DNA of 64,000 nucleotides, from NCBI RefSeq assembly GCF_947568905.1, contig NC_079172.1, positions 36,704,001 to 36,768,000 on the forward strand, in the 5' to 3' direction. This DNA is from Ostrea edulis (lineage: Eukaryota). This document shows, in pieces, positions 24,851 through 39,755 of this stretch. The notes beneath the pieces are model-generated. The model saw only the letters and a program-made list of their open reading frames with translations. It made no database searches and was not told the origin of the DNA. A program made the translations under genes and the position numbers. Positions within the stretch are counted from its first letter, which is position 1; the number at the start of each line of letters is the position of its first letter.

Positions 24851-27238
24851 AAAGTGGAACTCACAATATTTTATTTTGATAAAGCAATCATATTATTATT
24901 TTTACAAATTGTGATCTGCACATCGTTAGGAAGTTGGAGCACGGCGTTATACTGACGCACTCAAGATGTAATGAGTTTTAAATGAGGAAATAATTTTATA
25001 ATTCCATTTAAAGTTAAGAAATACAATATTCTATTATTTATATGATTAAAAGTTCAATTATTTTGTATCTTTAAAATCTTTGTAAATCTACCAGTTGGTA
25101 GAAACTGGAAGCACAAGTTATATACCGGGTATGTTGTTACAAGGTGAAGGTCAGTTGATCCGAGTGTGTATTGAATTTGAAGACCAGAACAGAATTATGT
25201 AGTGCTTAGCTTCGATATATCCATTTTCTCGCAGTTTATCTGGGTTTTTGTCCAAGTTGTATTTGAAAAGGTGACTGGGTGGTTTATTTTAAAGGTAAAG
25301 TTCTTGCTCTAACAAAAACATATCCACGTCTTTTTTCTCGTACCTTCCTTCGAAAAATTGAAAAATACTCAGTCTAAATCCTTTCTACCGACAACTAGTA
25401 CACCCGAATACGGCACAAAACATCTTAATGCAATATTATTTCAAACTGTTAACGTGATAATTGTTTTTTTGTCGATTAAATCTAATTTGTTTATGAAATG
25501 ACTTATAGATGTTTTCAAACCCGAGGGCGCATATGACGTCACACATAATGGCACGTAAAATAGCGAAAGTAAATATGCATACCACGGTATCGCAAGATTT
25601 GAATTCCATCGCTTTCAAACTCGAAAACTACGCAACATATTTCATTTAAAACACATTTAAAGTGGTTTTAGGCATGGAAAGAATTTTGCTGAAAAAAGAA
25701 AAACGTTTAAAAACATGCGTTGTGTCCTTTAAGATAAAGGCAAACACAGACCCCTGGATATAACAGATGTTGGATTGGGTGCCTAGGAGGAGTAAGCATC
25801 CCTATGTTGACTGGTCAAACCTGCCTTGAGCCCTATTAATTGATCACGTAAACGGAGTAATTCTTAGTCAAAATTAGTATGTAAAAATATGGATATGATG
25901 TTTATGGATCTGAATTGATTCTATCCGAAAGCATATGCTGCGTATGATCATTTGTTAAATGGAGGTAGGCTACTGAAAAATACGATAATGACAAAAACGT
26001 TGATGTTACAGTCGCGTTTCAAGTCAATATTTTGCATATTCTATGGCAGTTATAAATTATTATGATTTAGTTTCAAATTAAAATCCATCAATATTGTCTG
26101 GCGTGTTTCATAGAAATAATTATGCCGTTCTTTTATGCTGAGTTTAACTACCGAGTACTCCGTTTACCTGATCAAAACAGTAGTCTTACGGCGGGTGAAA
26201 CTGGTTAACAGGGGATGCTTACTCCTAGCATCTGATAAATCTATAGTGTTTCTGTCGTCCGTGTTTTCCCTACTCTGGATTTGTGTTCTTTATAACATTT
26301 ATGAGAATGGTTACGGTTTATCAAATTCTACATATTTGTAGTATGATATGGCATAGAATGACTTATATATGCTTAAAAACAAGAACAAGACCATTAGTTA
26401 TGCTACCATACTTAAATTATTTTGAAATTTGGGTTAAACATCTTCAATATTTGGGTCATTGGTGTTATTGATATCAAGGAATAAGACAACACTCGGCAAT
26501 GGACTGCGATGATGGAAATGAATTGTGCAAAAATCTCTTTTACGTCTTTCCTTATGCATTTATGTGTTCTAATAACATTCATTAATATAAGATTCACTCT
26601 CTAACTTTCATCCACTCCTAGAATTATTTATTGATTTCCTGATATATACGGAGATCAAATTTATCCAGAGCAAACATTGCAGCACTAGCACCTCTATATT
26701 TAAATATCACTTTGCTGTAAAAATGTGCTATACAGTTTAGAATATAATAATTGATAAGATTAAATCTAAGTTGAGTATTCTATCAAAATGAAGATTTCGG
26801 TTTTATTGAATATATAGCATGATATACCTTTGGTATATTCAAGGGTCCGTGTTTGTCCAACTCTCTATTTTGTATTGTTTGTGGGGGTTATCAGATCACT
26901 GGTCCATATCTTCGCCTTTCATAGAATTCATTTTTGTATGGGAAGACAATAATGTAATTTTGCTTCCTTCAGAGCCTCTGAACATGTTTTTTAATAAACC
27001 ATATTAACAAAAAAGTTAATAAACCTTACTTGTTTCTTCTATTATTAAAATAGTCAATCACAATCTTACAGGACAACATTCCGACACCAAAACTGCAGCT
27101 AAAATTGCTTTCAATGTTTGCTGTTGGTTTTTTGGGTTGTTTGTTTGTTTTTTTTTTTTTTTTGGGTTAACATCAAAATGTAATCAAGCAATATTGTATG
27201 GATATATATAATTTAATCAAGCTTTCTTTGTAATTCAG

Positions 27239-27310
27239 ATACCTATACAGCAATAAACTAACAACGTTACAGAAAGGATTGTTTGAGGGATTGACGAAAT
27301 TAACGAAACT
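27239..27310 (+). CDS. Internal coding exon, one 24-aa LRR (x-YLYSNKLTTLQKGLFEGLTKLTKL), phase 2-2
   Basis: CTTTCTTTGTAATTCAG acceptor, GTAAGT donor, exactly 72 nt, open LRR-consensus frame. Joins exon 1 and exon 3 in frame (CT|A = Leu). Confidence 0.93.
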
Positions 27311-27321
27311 GTAAGTACATG

Positions 27322-27456
27322 TATATTTATATATAATATGAATTCATTATTTGTATTCACCTGAGGATGGATGTTAAAATCCAGAAAGCGCTAGTGATTT
27401 AAATATATTTTGGAACTGTATAAATTCCTGCTTTTTTATTCAATTATATATATATA
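27322..27456 (+). mobile_element. Short hammerhead-bearing non-autonomous element in a (TA)-rich site
   Basis: About 135 bp bounded by TATATA runs and containing a complete type I hammerhead. Confidence 0.6.
27357..27397 (+). ncRNA. Minimal type I hammerhead ribozyme
   Basis: Stem I TCAC/GTGA, core CTGAGGA, stem II TGGAT/ATCCA with a GTTAAA loop, GAAA, palindromic stem III (A)GCGC(T), CTA cleavage triplet. Confidence 0.85.
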
Positions 27457-29499
27457 GTGCATCTGATTATTTCTTTTATGTCATCTTCAATGCATATAGT
27501 TATATCATTAAATCGATTAATTATGTCGTGTTTCACATCAACATGTATATAACTAGAAATTCATTCGGTGCCTCATACACTAACACATGCATCACACGCT
27601 CTAACAGATGACAGTTGTCCATCATTTCACACAAATCATAATGGGTAATAACATTTTATGTGTCCTTCATATCCTTGATATCGTGCTCTACTTAACAAAG
27701 TTCTTTTCGCATAATGTACTCCAACAATTTTGTGTTGGTATATCTATAATTCAATCAATATATCACACGCAATAAGATCACAGTCATCTACCATTTCAAA
27801 CATCATGCTATGAATATTGTACATGTCTTTCACGTTCTTGAAAATTGTCTTCTACTTAACAAAGTTTCTTTTTTCAATTAGCTTATTATATTTGAAATAT
27901 TAGAATACACAATTTCTTTACATTAGAAAGAAAATGAGTAAATAAGTTATTATCTATACACTTGTTTCATATTCTACAATCTACATGTAGATGCAATACA
28001 TTCACAGTTCCTTATCTTCCCCTTTCATTCTTGATAGACTGATTGCTTGCTTGATTTACATCCGTCGAAATTTTACACTCATACTAAATTGTCATCTTCT
28101 TTGGGTCAAGTACCACAAATATAGACCTATGTTTAGTGTTCAGGGCACATGTTTACTAAAGTTCGTAGACGTAAACGTAGACATCTAGATATAGTGTACG
28201 TTTATGTGTATGTGTGGGGGGGCGGTATTCACTGGTAGTTGTAGACGTACATTTACGTCAGAAATAAGCGTAACTTCACTTGTCCTATACTAGTGCACAT
28301 AAGCTGATCGTAACGTTACAAATAAACAAAGAAAAGATATTGGAAAAATGTCTGTTGGACATGATTATATGACCATTGTGATATTCATATCATGGGTGAA
28401 AATAATTCAATTTCCTAGCTAATCGAATGCAAATGCAAAATAAACAAGCTAATTTTCATTCTTAATTTCATATAGTGCACATGTACTTCACTCGAAAGAA
28501 GCTTTTTTTCATATACCAATGTGTCCAAGCATGAGAAAAATTTATTCCATTTCAGTGAATACAAAAAAGAACGACACAGTTCTTCATTATTTAATGAAAT
28601 TTCAAATGAATTTGAAAAATAACACTGTTTTAATTTTTAACACATTATCCCTAAGACATGTACAGTAGACTTACAATAATGTTCAACATTGGCGAACATT
28701 AGAAAACTGAAATCAATTACCTGTTAATAACTCAATCACCCAGAATATTTATTCCTCCTACGTACCTGATCCCACCTCTGGTATATCCAGGAGTCGTTGT
28801 TTGTCTAGCTCTTTATTTTATATTCCTGTGAGAGTTATGAGATTGATCACTGTTCATTATATTCACCTTTCATTCATTTCCTGCGGAAACAGTATTTATG
28901 ATTTGTTTGTAAGGAATTTAGATTAAATCTAAGATATTCATTGATTTGACTGCTCAGTAATGTTTGTGATTGTTTTTATTCAGATTAACCTTATTCTAAC
29001 ATTGCTCTAAGATAATTGATAGAGAAAGATACAAACATATAACACGGACTTTATAAATACAAAGAGTGAGCTCTTTCATGTTTAGAAATCTATTTCAATG
29101 GAATCCGAATGGAATAAATATGGGGAAATAAATAACACTTCAACATATATATAATTATACATAAACACGTGATGAAACTATGGCATTTCGTTAACTGAAA
29201 GGTTGCTGAATGTTACATAATAGTGACTGAATGGTCCTGACATTCCGTCACCTTTCCAGGCCATTCAGTAAAATGTCAGTCTGCTGAACGGCATAGATTT
29301 ATCCTGTAAAATATATAAATACTTAGATATTAACGGCATGTTCGTGAGGGTTAAATATAGACCTCAATAGGATATCAATTTCATAAAGTCTGTCATATAT
29401 ATATAAGTTATAAGTCTTCCTAGGCACCTGTTCCCACCTCTGGTATATCCAGGGGCCTGTGTTTGCCGTAATTTTGTTTTCATTGTAAACGTTATGAAA

Positions 29500-30720
29500 T
29501 CAAGATGCTATTCAGCCCCTATATTTGCTCCTCACGAACATATTAACAGGTGTGAAAGAGAACCTTCAAACGTATTGTGCCACAACATATGCGAGAAGTG
29601 GTGTAAATCAAATATGGATTCCAAAAAATTCTGAAGAAATTTTAGTAAATTTGAAATCTCAAAACATTTCTCAAATCAACAACACCTAAACGTATGACTT
29701 TTTAACACTTTTAATGACCATCCCTTACGATTGATTAAAGACCAGACGTTTTAAAATCATAGACAGTTTCTTCTTCACGAAAAAGGAAATATTCGTATCT
29801 AGTAATCAGTCGTCCAAAAATTGATTTGCTGGAGTTCCTCATTGAAAAGATCTTCGTAGTCTTCGGTGGTCAGATCTTCCAACAGTTTGTTGGTATTCCC
29901 ATGGGTACGCATTGTGTTCCGTTAGCTGACATTTCCCCATATTCTTATGAAGCAGAGTTTGTTCAAAAGCTTCCAAGTGATAAAACGACAATCTCTTGCT
30001 GTGACCTTCAACTCGACATTTAGATACATTGTCGATTTATTTATTAACAATAATCATTTTCATTCATACATCGATTCAATCCCTGTAAAATCGAAATAAG
30101 AGCCGCCACAGAGTTCTTCACATCTTCTTTGAATTTAGATATTTTATTGAAAATGAATATTAAGGGCAAACTAACTCATCTTTATGAAAAACGGGATGAT
30201 TTCAGCTTCCTATCACCAACTTTTCATATCTATGTAGCAATATTTCATTATCACCTGCATATGTTGTTTATATCTTTCAACTGACTCGATACGCAAAAGC
30301 TTGTTCTACATGTGATCAGTTGTTTTTTTTAAAATTGAGACAAGCTACTAACAAACAAGTTGATGGTACAGGGGATTCAACACTCTCGTTTGAAGTTAGC
30401 ATTTCGCAAATTCTATGGTCGTTATAATAATCTAGTTTGCCAATACAAGCATTCCTTGAGTCATATGCTGTCTGACATGTTCAATAGCTATTGTTAGGCC
30501 GCTCTTGGCACACTGTTTTTAAGTACATATTTTTAAGTTTACCTCATCAAGATATAGTGCTCACAGCAGGTGGGACCGGTCGACAGGGGATGCTTGCTAC
30601 CACTAGGCACCTGATACTGCCTCTGGTATATCCAGTAGTCCGTGTCTTCCCAACTGTCTATTTCGTATTACCTATAGGAGTTGTGAGATTGATCACTGTT
30701 GGTTATCTTCACCTTTCATC
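29500..30720 (+). mobile_element. Penelope-like (Naiad-type) retroelement relic: RT domain through 3' end
   Basis: ARSGVNQIWI.KNS, TYDF, MLEFLIEKIFVVFGGQIFQQFVGIPMGTHC, RYIVD (decayed YIDD), LYEKRDDF. Many stops and frameshifts. No C-terminal endonuclease before the 3' UTR. Confidence 0.85.
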
Positions 30721-33700
30721 CAAATGTAAATGAAACAGACGTGGAGAACAATTGCTAGAAATATCTTTTGGAAAATCGAATATCTACTTCAAAAGTTGAC
30801 CGAAACAGAATTTTCTACAACTCGTGGCGTGTCGTGTGGAACATGATCCAAAGAGATTGGAAACCTAAACTCCGAATGACCGGAGTGAATAAAAGCTACA
30901 GATATCGATGCGTACATTAAGTGTGTTTGAATGGAAAGGTCCAATACAGGGTATCTGAAAATATAGCATACAAATATAGGTAACATATATAGGAAATGGA
31001 ATATTGTGCACGAAAAAATAGTTATGGGTATGGTTGTTACATTCTACATGTACTGGTGGATTTCAGAACGTGACTCAGAGGATTATGATATCACGTGCGT
31101 CTGTTAACTGCTCACAGGGCCTCATTTTCAATGGAGATACCCATGTTGTATCGTTTTTCCGTTCTCCTATTGGTCAATTAAATAAGTCATCATGTTTTAA
31201 AAATGTGTAATCTCACTGACTATTTATTTCCCAAATGAAAGTGAAATTAGCACTATCAAAAATAGATTGAATACCAACTGTAGTAAATACTAAAGATAAT
31301 ATCCGTTTGTAAATTGGATTTTTGAAAATCAACACCTCATACAATTTTAACCAGAAATTGATTGTACTGTATAATGAATGGTACATGAACAATAATCATC
31401 ATTATAGATTCAATGAGTTATACAAATCATTCTATCATGGGAGTTGTTGATCTGTTTACACAATACACGTATTACTAACTTTGTTTCAATTTGTCAAAAA
31501 CTTTGAAAAGAAAAATAAAGAAAACCACAGGTATAAGCATCACCTTCTTTCAAACTATGTAAAATCTTTCAGTATGCATACATGAACAAAATGAGCTATC
31601 ATATGATTGGATTATGTTATACCTTCCATTCTCTTATCGTTGACTGTACTATTCACAACACCATATAATGTCTCAATTGGATGGAAACAGTGTTAAGCAT
31701 TCAATATATCAAGCTATAGGACTCATGGCGGGTTTGACCGGTCGACAGGGAATGCTTACTCCTCCTAGGCACCTGGTCCCACCGATCGTATATCCAGGGG
31801 TTCATATTTGCCCAACTCTCTATTTTGTATTCCTTAAAGAGTTATGAGATTCACCACTGTTCGTTATCTTCACCTTTCATATCATTGATGGAAAAGTGAA
31901 GATAACGAGTAATGATCCATCTCATATATACATCTGTGTGTCCTTTTGTCAGAATACGATTCAAATTAAAATATTTAATGAAATAAATGCACACAAATAA
32001 CTTATATAACGTCGATCTCTTCAATGCATAACTTATACACCGTCGATCTCTTCAATGTAAATCTTTTTTCTTTAATACCAGAAACATCCTGTGTATTGAA
32101 ATTGAATATTTAATCTCAACGTTTGCATGCCGCTTTAGGAGTTAATATTGAATGTGTCCGGTTACAAATACAGCAAAACTTACAACATTTATTCAAAATC
32201 AGCAGGTGTGTGTCAAAATATAGTAATACATACACCACTTACAAGTATTAGAACATGTATATCGAAGACGTTCAGAGAAAACATTGATACTGACAAAATA
32301 TGTTCATAATAAATTCATACATGTACAATGCAGCACTCTCCATTAAAGCTCGTGCAGATGAACTAGCTGACTCCCCGAGACTACTGACGTCTAGAATTGA
32401 TCTCAGCACTAGCTGATATAGCTAGGGGGAAATCGTTGATGAATAAAGTGTTTCGATTGAAAAAAACATCGACGACAATTTTATTTCTGTATTTTTCAAA
32501 GTCTGATTTCTGTTTGTTAAAAATTTCAGTTTTTGTAATGCATGTCCCCGTGTTATAGATGCATCCATATAAATCATGTTTGACGTTTTTGTTACATGTG
32601 TGTTCTATTTACGGACTAGCAAACAAATTCATCAGGACAACGAGCAATTAAATCTATTGAATTAACTAGTTAGTATGACTAGCGTCTTAGAAAAGTTATC
32701 ATGAAGACTGATGTAAATATCAATTTATTTTTTCATGAAGATATTGAATCTCGGTAAATCATGATAAATCAATGAATATAAGCACAAAATATTGGTGTCC
32801 ATCCCCGATTAACCCTTTATTTGATGTCGAATTATTTAACCTTTCGGTATAAAGATATGAACATTACTCAAGCCTGACTATGAAAACATAGAAAACATAC
32901 TTGGAGCCTGCAGTGTTGTCAAATATAACTGAATGGAATTTGATAACAGAAGCAGTTTTATTCCCAAATTGGATTGCTGCTTGATTCTATGAGATTGATG
33001 CTACATTTCATTATAAAACACAAATAAACATAGGAGGTTCCGGAACCTTTGCTCGCTTATACATTACCCGTTCCTTTCGAGGACCGAAAACTTGTCACCT
33101 GCCCCCTCGTCTCAGATTTTTTTCAAGTCTCTCTAAAGTGAATCCCACATCCGCCCATGCATATAAGGCAATATGCGTTAAAGTAGCTAATTTGATTCAT
33201 TAAATGTTGAAGTGGGATCATGAAGGTTTGCAAATGAAGCAAGTTCGGATGTTTTTATACTTTGAGTGTCAATGAATTGCAGAAACCAGCCGTATGTACG
33301 TGTTTGTATGTATCATATATCTAATATTTTTCTGTTCGATATCTTTGCCAATTGTAAGTGTAATGGTAGTCATTTCCTTATAAATATGATGCAGTTGTGA
33401 AAAAATATATGTATGAATTTGATAAATATAGTATGTCTATTTCAACGGCTAGACATGTCGATAGAAATGAGAGTAGATAGTATTACATTTTATGACGTAT
33501 GCCAAAGTGAAACTTATCAGTTCATGTCCTCATGTGTTTTCAAAAAATGACATTTATTTGTTAAACACATACCTGCAGCTCTAGCGTATTCAAACCGAAA
33601 TTACTTCTCTTTTGATAAATTCATTCATTTAATAATTCCCGGAATAATGAGTCCTTTCTATCCCTTACACAAGGCCATTCCGGGAAGTACTTCTTGCTAA

Positions 33701-35436
33701 TGCGTCGTATGAAATGAAATTCGTATTCATAACAGTAATAAATTTTTTTTTTCAATTATCGATAACACATAATTCTGCTACAACAAAAAAAAAACCCCCC
33801 GTTATATATAAACTTCAAAATTTGTCCAATTTTTTTCTAAAATACGTGACGTATTACGTGGAGCACGATCCAAAGAGAGTGGAAACTTAAACTCAGAATG
33901 ACACGTGTGATTGAATACTACAGATATGGAGGGGTACATTTATGAGTCTTTGAATGGAAAGATCCAATATAGGTTAACTGAAAATATAGTGTACAAACAT
34001 AGGTTACACAGCAAGTTTGATATTGTGCGTGAAAAATATATATTAAAAAAGTTATGGGTATGGTTGTTAAATTTTACGTGCATTGGTTGATTTCAGAACG
34101 TGTCTCAGAGGATCATAATATGACGTGCGTCTGTTAACTGCTAGCAGAGCCTCATTTTCAATGGATACTCCCCCTGTTATATCGGGGTTTTTTCTTTCTC
34201 CGAAAATAATTCAACCTATTTTAGAAATATGTAATCCCACAATCTGACCCATCAGAACTCCCGTGTTCATTCTCATTATTCTGCCAGCGGTTCGTGTGCA
34301 GATCAGTTGATTACAAACCACAGCTGAACATGGGAAATTAAGTTGTTGGAGTTTTTTGTCTAATTGAAATTAAAAATTAAAATTACAATATAGTGATACT
34401 AAAAAACGATTTTATTGGGAAAGATCTATCCCGGACCCGTTTTTCCGGGGGTGGGGTCTATGAGGGGGAAAATCTATGCTACAACACCGGTGTTTCTATA
34501 CTCCACTACACAAAGTATATATTCATTAATTATTTGTTTGCTGTGCAAGTATAAGTAAAAGAATATTGCAAGAAAGATCAAATAAAGCATTCAAAGATGT
34601 CTTCCTTTTATTTCGTAGGCTGTATATTGTAACAAATACTTTATGGGGATATAAATTTATCCAATCTGGATAACGAAACCGTTTTATAACACAGGCACTT
34701 GTTTCATACATGTATGTGTTTTATAAGATGTTCACAAATTCATTGACGCATCCAAAAGGTTCAAAATCTAACAACCCCTGCACATTCTTCCTTTTCACAA
34801 ATATTTCACACGACAATGAAGTATTATTATTATAATTATTATATCCCCACTTGTAATAGATTCTTTCACCATTATTACTCCTATTATCTTCAAATTATTA
34901 AAGCTATCTTCAAATATTTGAGTTTATTAATTTGGCGCTCCATAGAGAACTGTTCCTAGTGTATTCAGGTGCTTTCCAACTCAAGACATCATACCAGCTC
35001 TTGCCATAAATGAATCTTACCATACAAGTGACTAACACACACTTGAATATGTTGCAGAAAAAAAGATCAGGTGGGTCACATATATAGCCACCTCTTTTAT
35101 AATTTCTTCATTTTTAAGGGATTTTTTCCTTGAGAAAAACATGAAAATAAAAAATGTGTCGCTATTTAAGGAATTTTATCATCCCTAATAGTTTGTGATT
35201 TCTTGACTGTTTGGTGATAATGTTGACAATCAAGAATCAGTCACTGGTTATCCATGTGAAATTTAGGTATCCCATATGAATAAACTCATGTTTAATTTAC
35301 TACAATAAAACATATTAACCAATTTTGATCAAATAATCAACAAAGATGGATCCATACGACAATGCTTGTATTGGTAAAAGGAAAAAAAAAGAGTTCCATT
35401 TCTCATACCAATGATATATGTACAAATATCAAAATC

Positions 35437-36052
35437 AACAAGAAGCTCATGGGCCACATCGCTCACCTGGCTCACCTTGGCCCTGCTGTTGTGATTTTTA
35501 AATGATACCTAGCAAATCTCGGACATTCACTAGGATGAACCAAAGCCACAAAAAAGATCCCTCCCTGCTCAAAGGCCGTAAGCGTCGAGCACAAAGGCCT
35601 AAATTTTGCTGCCCTTCACCGGCAATGGTGAAATCTCCATATGAGTGAAAAATTACCGAGAGGGACGTTAAACAATATTCAATCAATCAATAAATCTATT
35701 ATACAGTATACCAGTTTGCATAGATTGAGTTAAAACCCTTTGTGATTGTTCCTGCTCTGAATCACTATGCATTTAGATTTTTGTACACATGTGAGGTTGT
35801 ACAGAAGATTTTTTGAAAATTTGGCAATTTTTGACAATTTTTTGGCCCCCACCTATGGCCCCAGGGGAACAGAAGTCGTAAAATTTACAATTTACCTTAC
35901 CCTTATCCTAAAGGTGCTTGATTCCAAATTCGAAAAAAATTGAATGGTAGTTATAGAAAAGTTTTAAAATGTTCAATTGTTAATGATGACGGACTCCAAC
36001 AGATGCAGACCAATTGGAAAAAATGTCACCTTAGTTTACTCAAGTGACCTAA
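35437..36052. mobile_element. HINE with a nested SINE-like insertion
   Basis: Starts AACAAGAAGCTCATGGGCCACATCGCTCACCTG and ends GTCACCTTAGTTTACTCAAGTGACCTAA; satellite-like internal monomer. Confidence 0.65.
35534..35696 (+). mobile_element. 5'-truncated SINE-like repeat with (CAAT)n tail
   Basis: Homologous to 46610-46751. Confidence 0.75.
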
Positions 36053-37053
36053 CATTATACAATTCTTCTAAAGCTCTTGAAAATTGATAATGCTATAAAA
36101 GCCTAGTCTGATCCCTTACACTCCATTGTAATAGGTTAGTGTAAAAACAGACTGGCGGGAATAGGGACTATAAGAAAGCTATGAGATTAGTTCAATATTC
36201 AAACCTATTTGAATAGTAAGTATCTAACCGAAATGGGATGATTTCATCCAAAATATTTTACTAAAATTATTTGTGGGGATATGAGTTCACATAGACATTT
36301 TGTTTCAAAATGAGTATGAGTATGGAAATGAACTTGGGTTCAAATTGACTGGTTACCTAATATGGCTACATCAACAACAAAAAATCACTTGAAGCTGTGA
36401 GTTTTTTTGGGTCATATGTGGGTTCAGAGAATATTGGAAAGTATGTTAGGAAACAAGTATAGTGGAAAAATATGTTAGGATTTTTAACATTAAATTTATG
36501 AGTCGGCGATGCAGGAATGCAGTGATATAGGGACTCAACCATGCAACTGTCATTTGAGGGGTGGGACGTAAATCAAAGATAGTTATAAGGGGTTGATCTT
36601 AAGCTTTCTGGTCTGTCCCAATATCTTCTCAAAGAGCTACAATTCTGCAGCTAGTTCTTTAGAAGATTCTTTAAAGATTTCCCATGTATATATTTCGCAT
36701 GTAAAACTTTGATCCCCTATTGTGACCCCACACATTCCCTATGGACCACGACTTTAACAAAGTTAAACCTGCACTATATCTGAATGTAAAACATTGATCC
36801 TCTATTGTGACCTCACTCTACCCCCGTACACCATGATTTACACAACCAGGAACCTTTTAAGTGAATTTAGACTTTTCTGGCATAGTGGTTCTTGAGAAGA
36901 TTTTTTTTGAATGACCCTACCCTAATTTTGCATTCTCATGATTATTTCCCCCTTGGAATTGTGCATGACCCTTTTTATGAACAAACTTGAATCACCTTCA
37001 CCCATGGAAGATGTATACCAAGTTTGATTGAAATTGGCCCAGTGGTTCTTGAA

Positions 37054-37089
<36 letters not shown>

Positions 37090-39755
37090 GACGAAAGGCA
37101 AAGGTGACCAGAAAAGCTCACTTGAGTTTTCGGCTTAGGTGAGCTAAAAAGTATATAAACATGTTTAATGTTAAACCTGTTTGTTTTATTGCTAAACAGC
37201 TTCATTGCCAGCATCTACCCTCACTGAGCTTCCATCATCATGAAAGGTGAAGATAACGAACAGCGATTAATCTCAAAACTCCATTTTGATTATCCAGGCC
37301 AAATTAATCCTTTCGGAGGGGCTAGGGCTGGGTGTCCTGTTGAGGTCGAAATTTGTTTTTCTATACTTGGTGACCAAGTAGATTGATCCTATCCAATCCT
37401 GTAAACTCTGTGTCTCGTTTTACTATTTCATTCCATGTCAGCTTTGGTCTATCTGTGATGACCTTAACTGTTGATCATGATACACGACATTATCTGACAA
37501 ATCTTCAAAAAATATTTAGAAGAGGAATTAATAAAACGTCTTCGTAAAAGGTAGCAATGAATAGCAATAAATGTATAGTTAGATGAAAATCATAATTTCT
37601 ATTCCTAAAAAATAAGTGTTTATCAGCTGTAAATCTTAATTCACATATCAATTATCATTTTTAAAGATTCAAAGTGATACAGATATCATAAATATTTTAT
37701 GACAAATATATCATAATTATAGTACCGCAATATTTTTGCTGTATTTCAATTGGAGGCTGTCCAAATAAAAATCATTAATTATACTCCTAAAGGTGCAAAT
37801 CAAATCTTGTATATATACCTTTTCTCAAAACATTTTTAATGAGCTGTATTGCACCTGTTGTAGACTCTCTTTCGGACTGGCTCATATTGTTGGGAATATA
37901 GGCATCTAGCTATCCTGGTACCATGCTATTTGTAACGAATATTGTCATTTCCTTGTTATGTCAAAGCCATTTGTTCTCCTTGATGCGAAATTATGTTTGA
38001 CTGAAATTACAGTGAAAATTATTTAAAAACAAAAAATCTAGTAGACATGTACATTCAAGTAATACCTGTTCCCTACCACTACTAACTGTACCAATATTTG
38101 TTCAAATTCAATGGAACCACTGCACTTCATATACATGTACTATTTAATTTTGTCACAATGCACAGTAATGTAGAGGGTGTTACAACTTACATGTACCAGA
38201 TAAGACATACATGAATCATCAATATTCTACCTATTTACATCTGCCCTAGAACCTGATTTCCATGCACCCATGTTATGATAGACTGTATTATGGTATGTCT
38301 CAAGCTCTTCCATCTGTCTCTTAGCTTTTTCAAAAAATTCAAAATTTTAGTTTATCAATCCTTTTAACCACTAAGGTGATCTAATCATCAATTAAAAAAC
38401 TAATTAAGCTTTTTGAACATCATATCTAGCAAAGATACTTATGTACACATCTATGAAACTTTACAATAATAGTTATGCCCTTTTCACATGGTGGTTTTAC
38501 TGCCGGGTTTTAAGGTCATGATTTCAAAGGCCTGGGCCTTTCCAATGGGAAAAAATAGTGACATTTGATCGAAATTGGGAAAAAATGTTTCATTCAAAGA
38601 AAATAGGGAGAAAAACAATCCATAGTGCATTAAGGTATCACACCGGTAATTATTTTCACTATATATTACTAAAGAGGGGAAAAAATCATTAAAAATCAGT
38701 TACAGAATTGATGCCGAATAACGCAGTCAGACACGTTCTATGTTACCTATCTCGTCTGCCGATACGACAAAAACGACACCCTACGCTGCATTTTCGAAAA
38801 TAAATTACCCGGAAACAAGACTACCCTCAAATCCACGTGTTTTTCACATGTGTGTAAACAGCCGGAGTGCACCTCAGGAAGTAGCCTCAGCTACCAACAG
38901 AATATAGTTCCTTTGTATACACTTGGTTATTTCTACAAATTACACAAAATTTCCTAATCAGGGGTACAAAAATTAAGAGAAAAGAAGAAGAAATGAGAAA
39001 AATTGCGCAAGGAAAAAAAATTTCTTTAAATATATTGAACTACAATTGACTAAGTTCATTTTGATTGGACAATTACCGGTGTGATACCTAAAGGTATGAT
39101 TGGGCTCCTTCTAACTTTCAACATGTTCAATTTGGTTAAAGCTTACCTCATGCAAATAAGCAGAGACCAACAATTAGGTTTACTTAACAGTTTTGAAGCA
39201 AACTTGTAATCTGTGGGCCTGTGAAGAAGATTTAAGAATGATTAGGCTACCCTGCTTGCGAATTTCAAAGCAAAAATTGGGGGAAATACCTGTTTTTTAG
39301 CATTGGGAATGGGACCTTATTTCGACCCCCTACAGACCCTTAAAAAACCCTGACTGCACATTTTGAATTAAAATTTTCAAACTTTAATGCGCATCAAATA
39401 AACTTCATAGAATAGATACAGCCCATACATAATAGCAAATTGGGGTCACATGCATCATACCCATGATTAGGAATTGATATATTTTTGTACAAAAAACTAA
39501 TTCTAAAAAACTAATTCAATGCGAAAAAAAGTGAACAAATATTATTCCATGAGAAAATGCCATATATAGATTTGTGCTCACCATAGACACACTGGGTATA
39601 TACATATGGAAGAAATTGCTTTTAAATAGTTTTGTTATTCATTAAAGAAATGAATGATAAAATTGATTTTAAAAAATCATGACAATGTGAGCTTGAAACC
39701 TAGCACTAACCACCTTTTCATCTGTGAAACTTGAGAAACCCCCTATTCCGTCATC

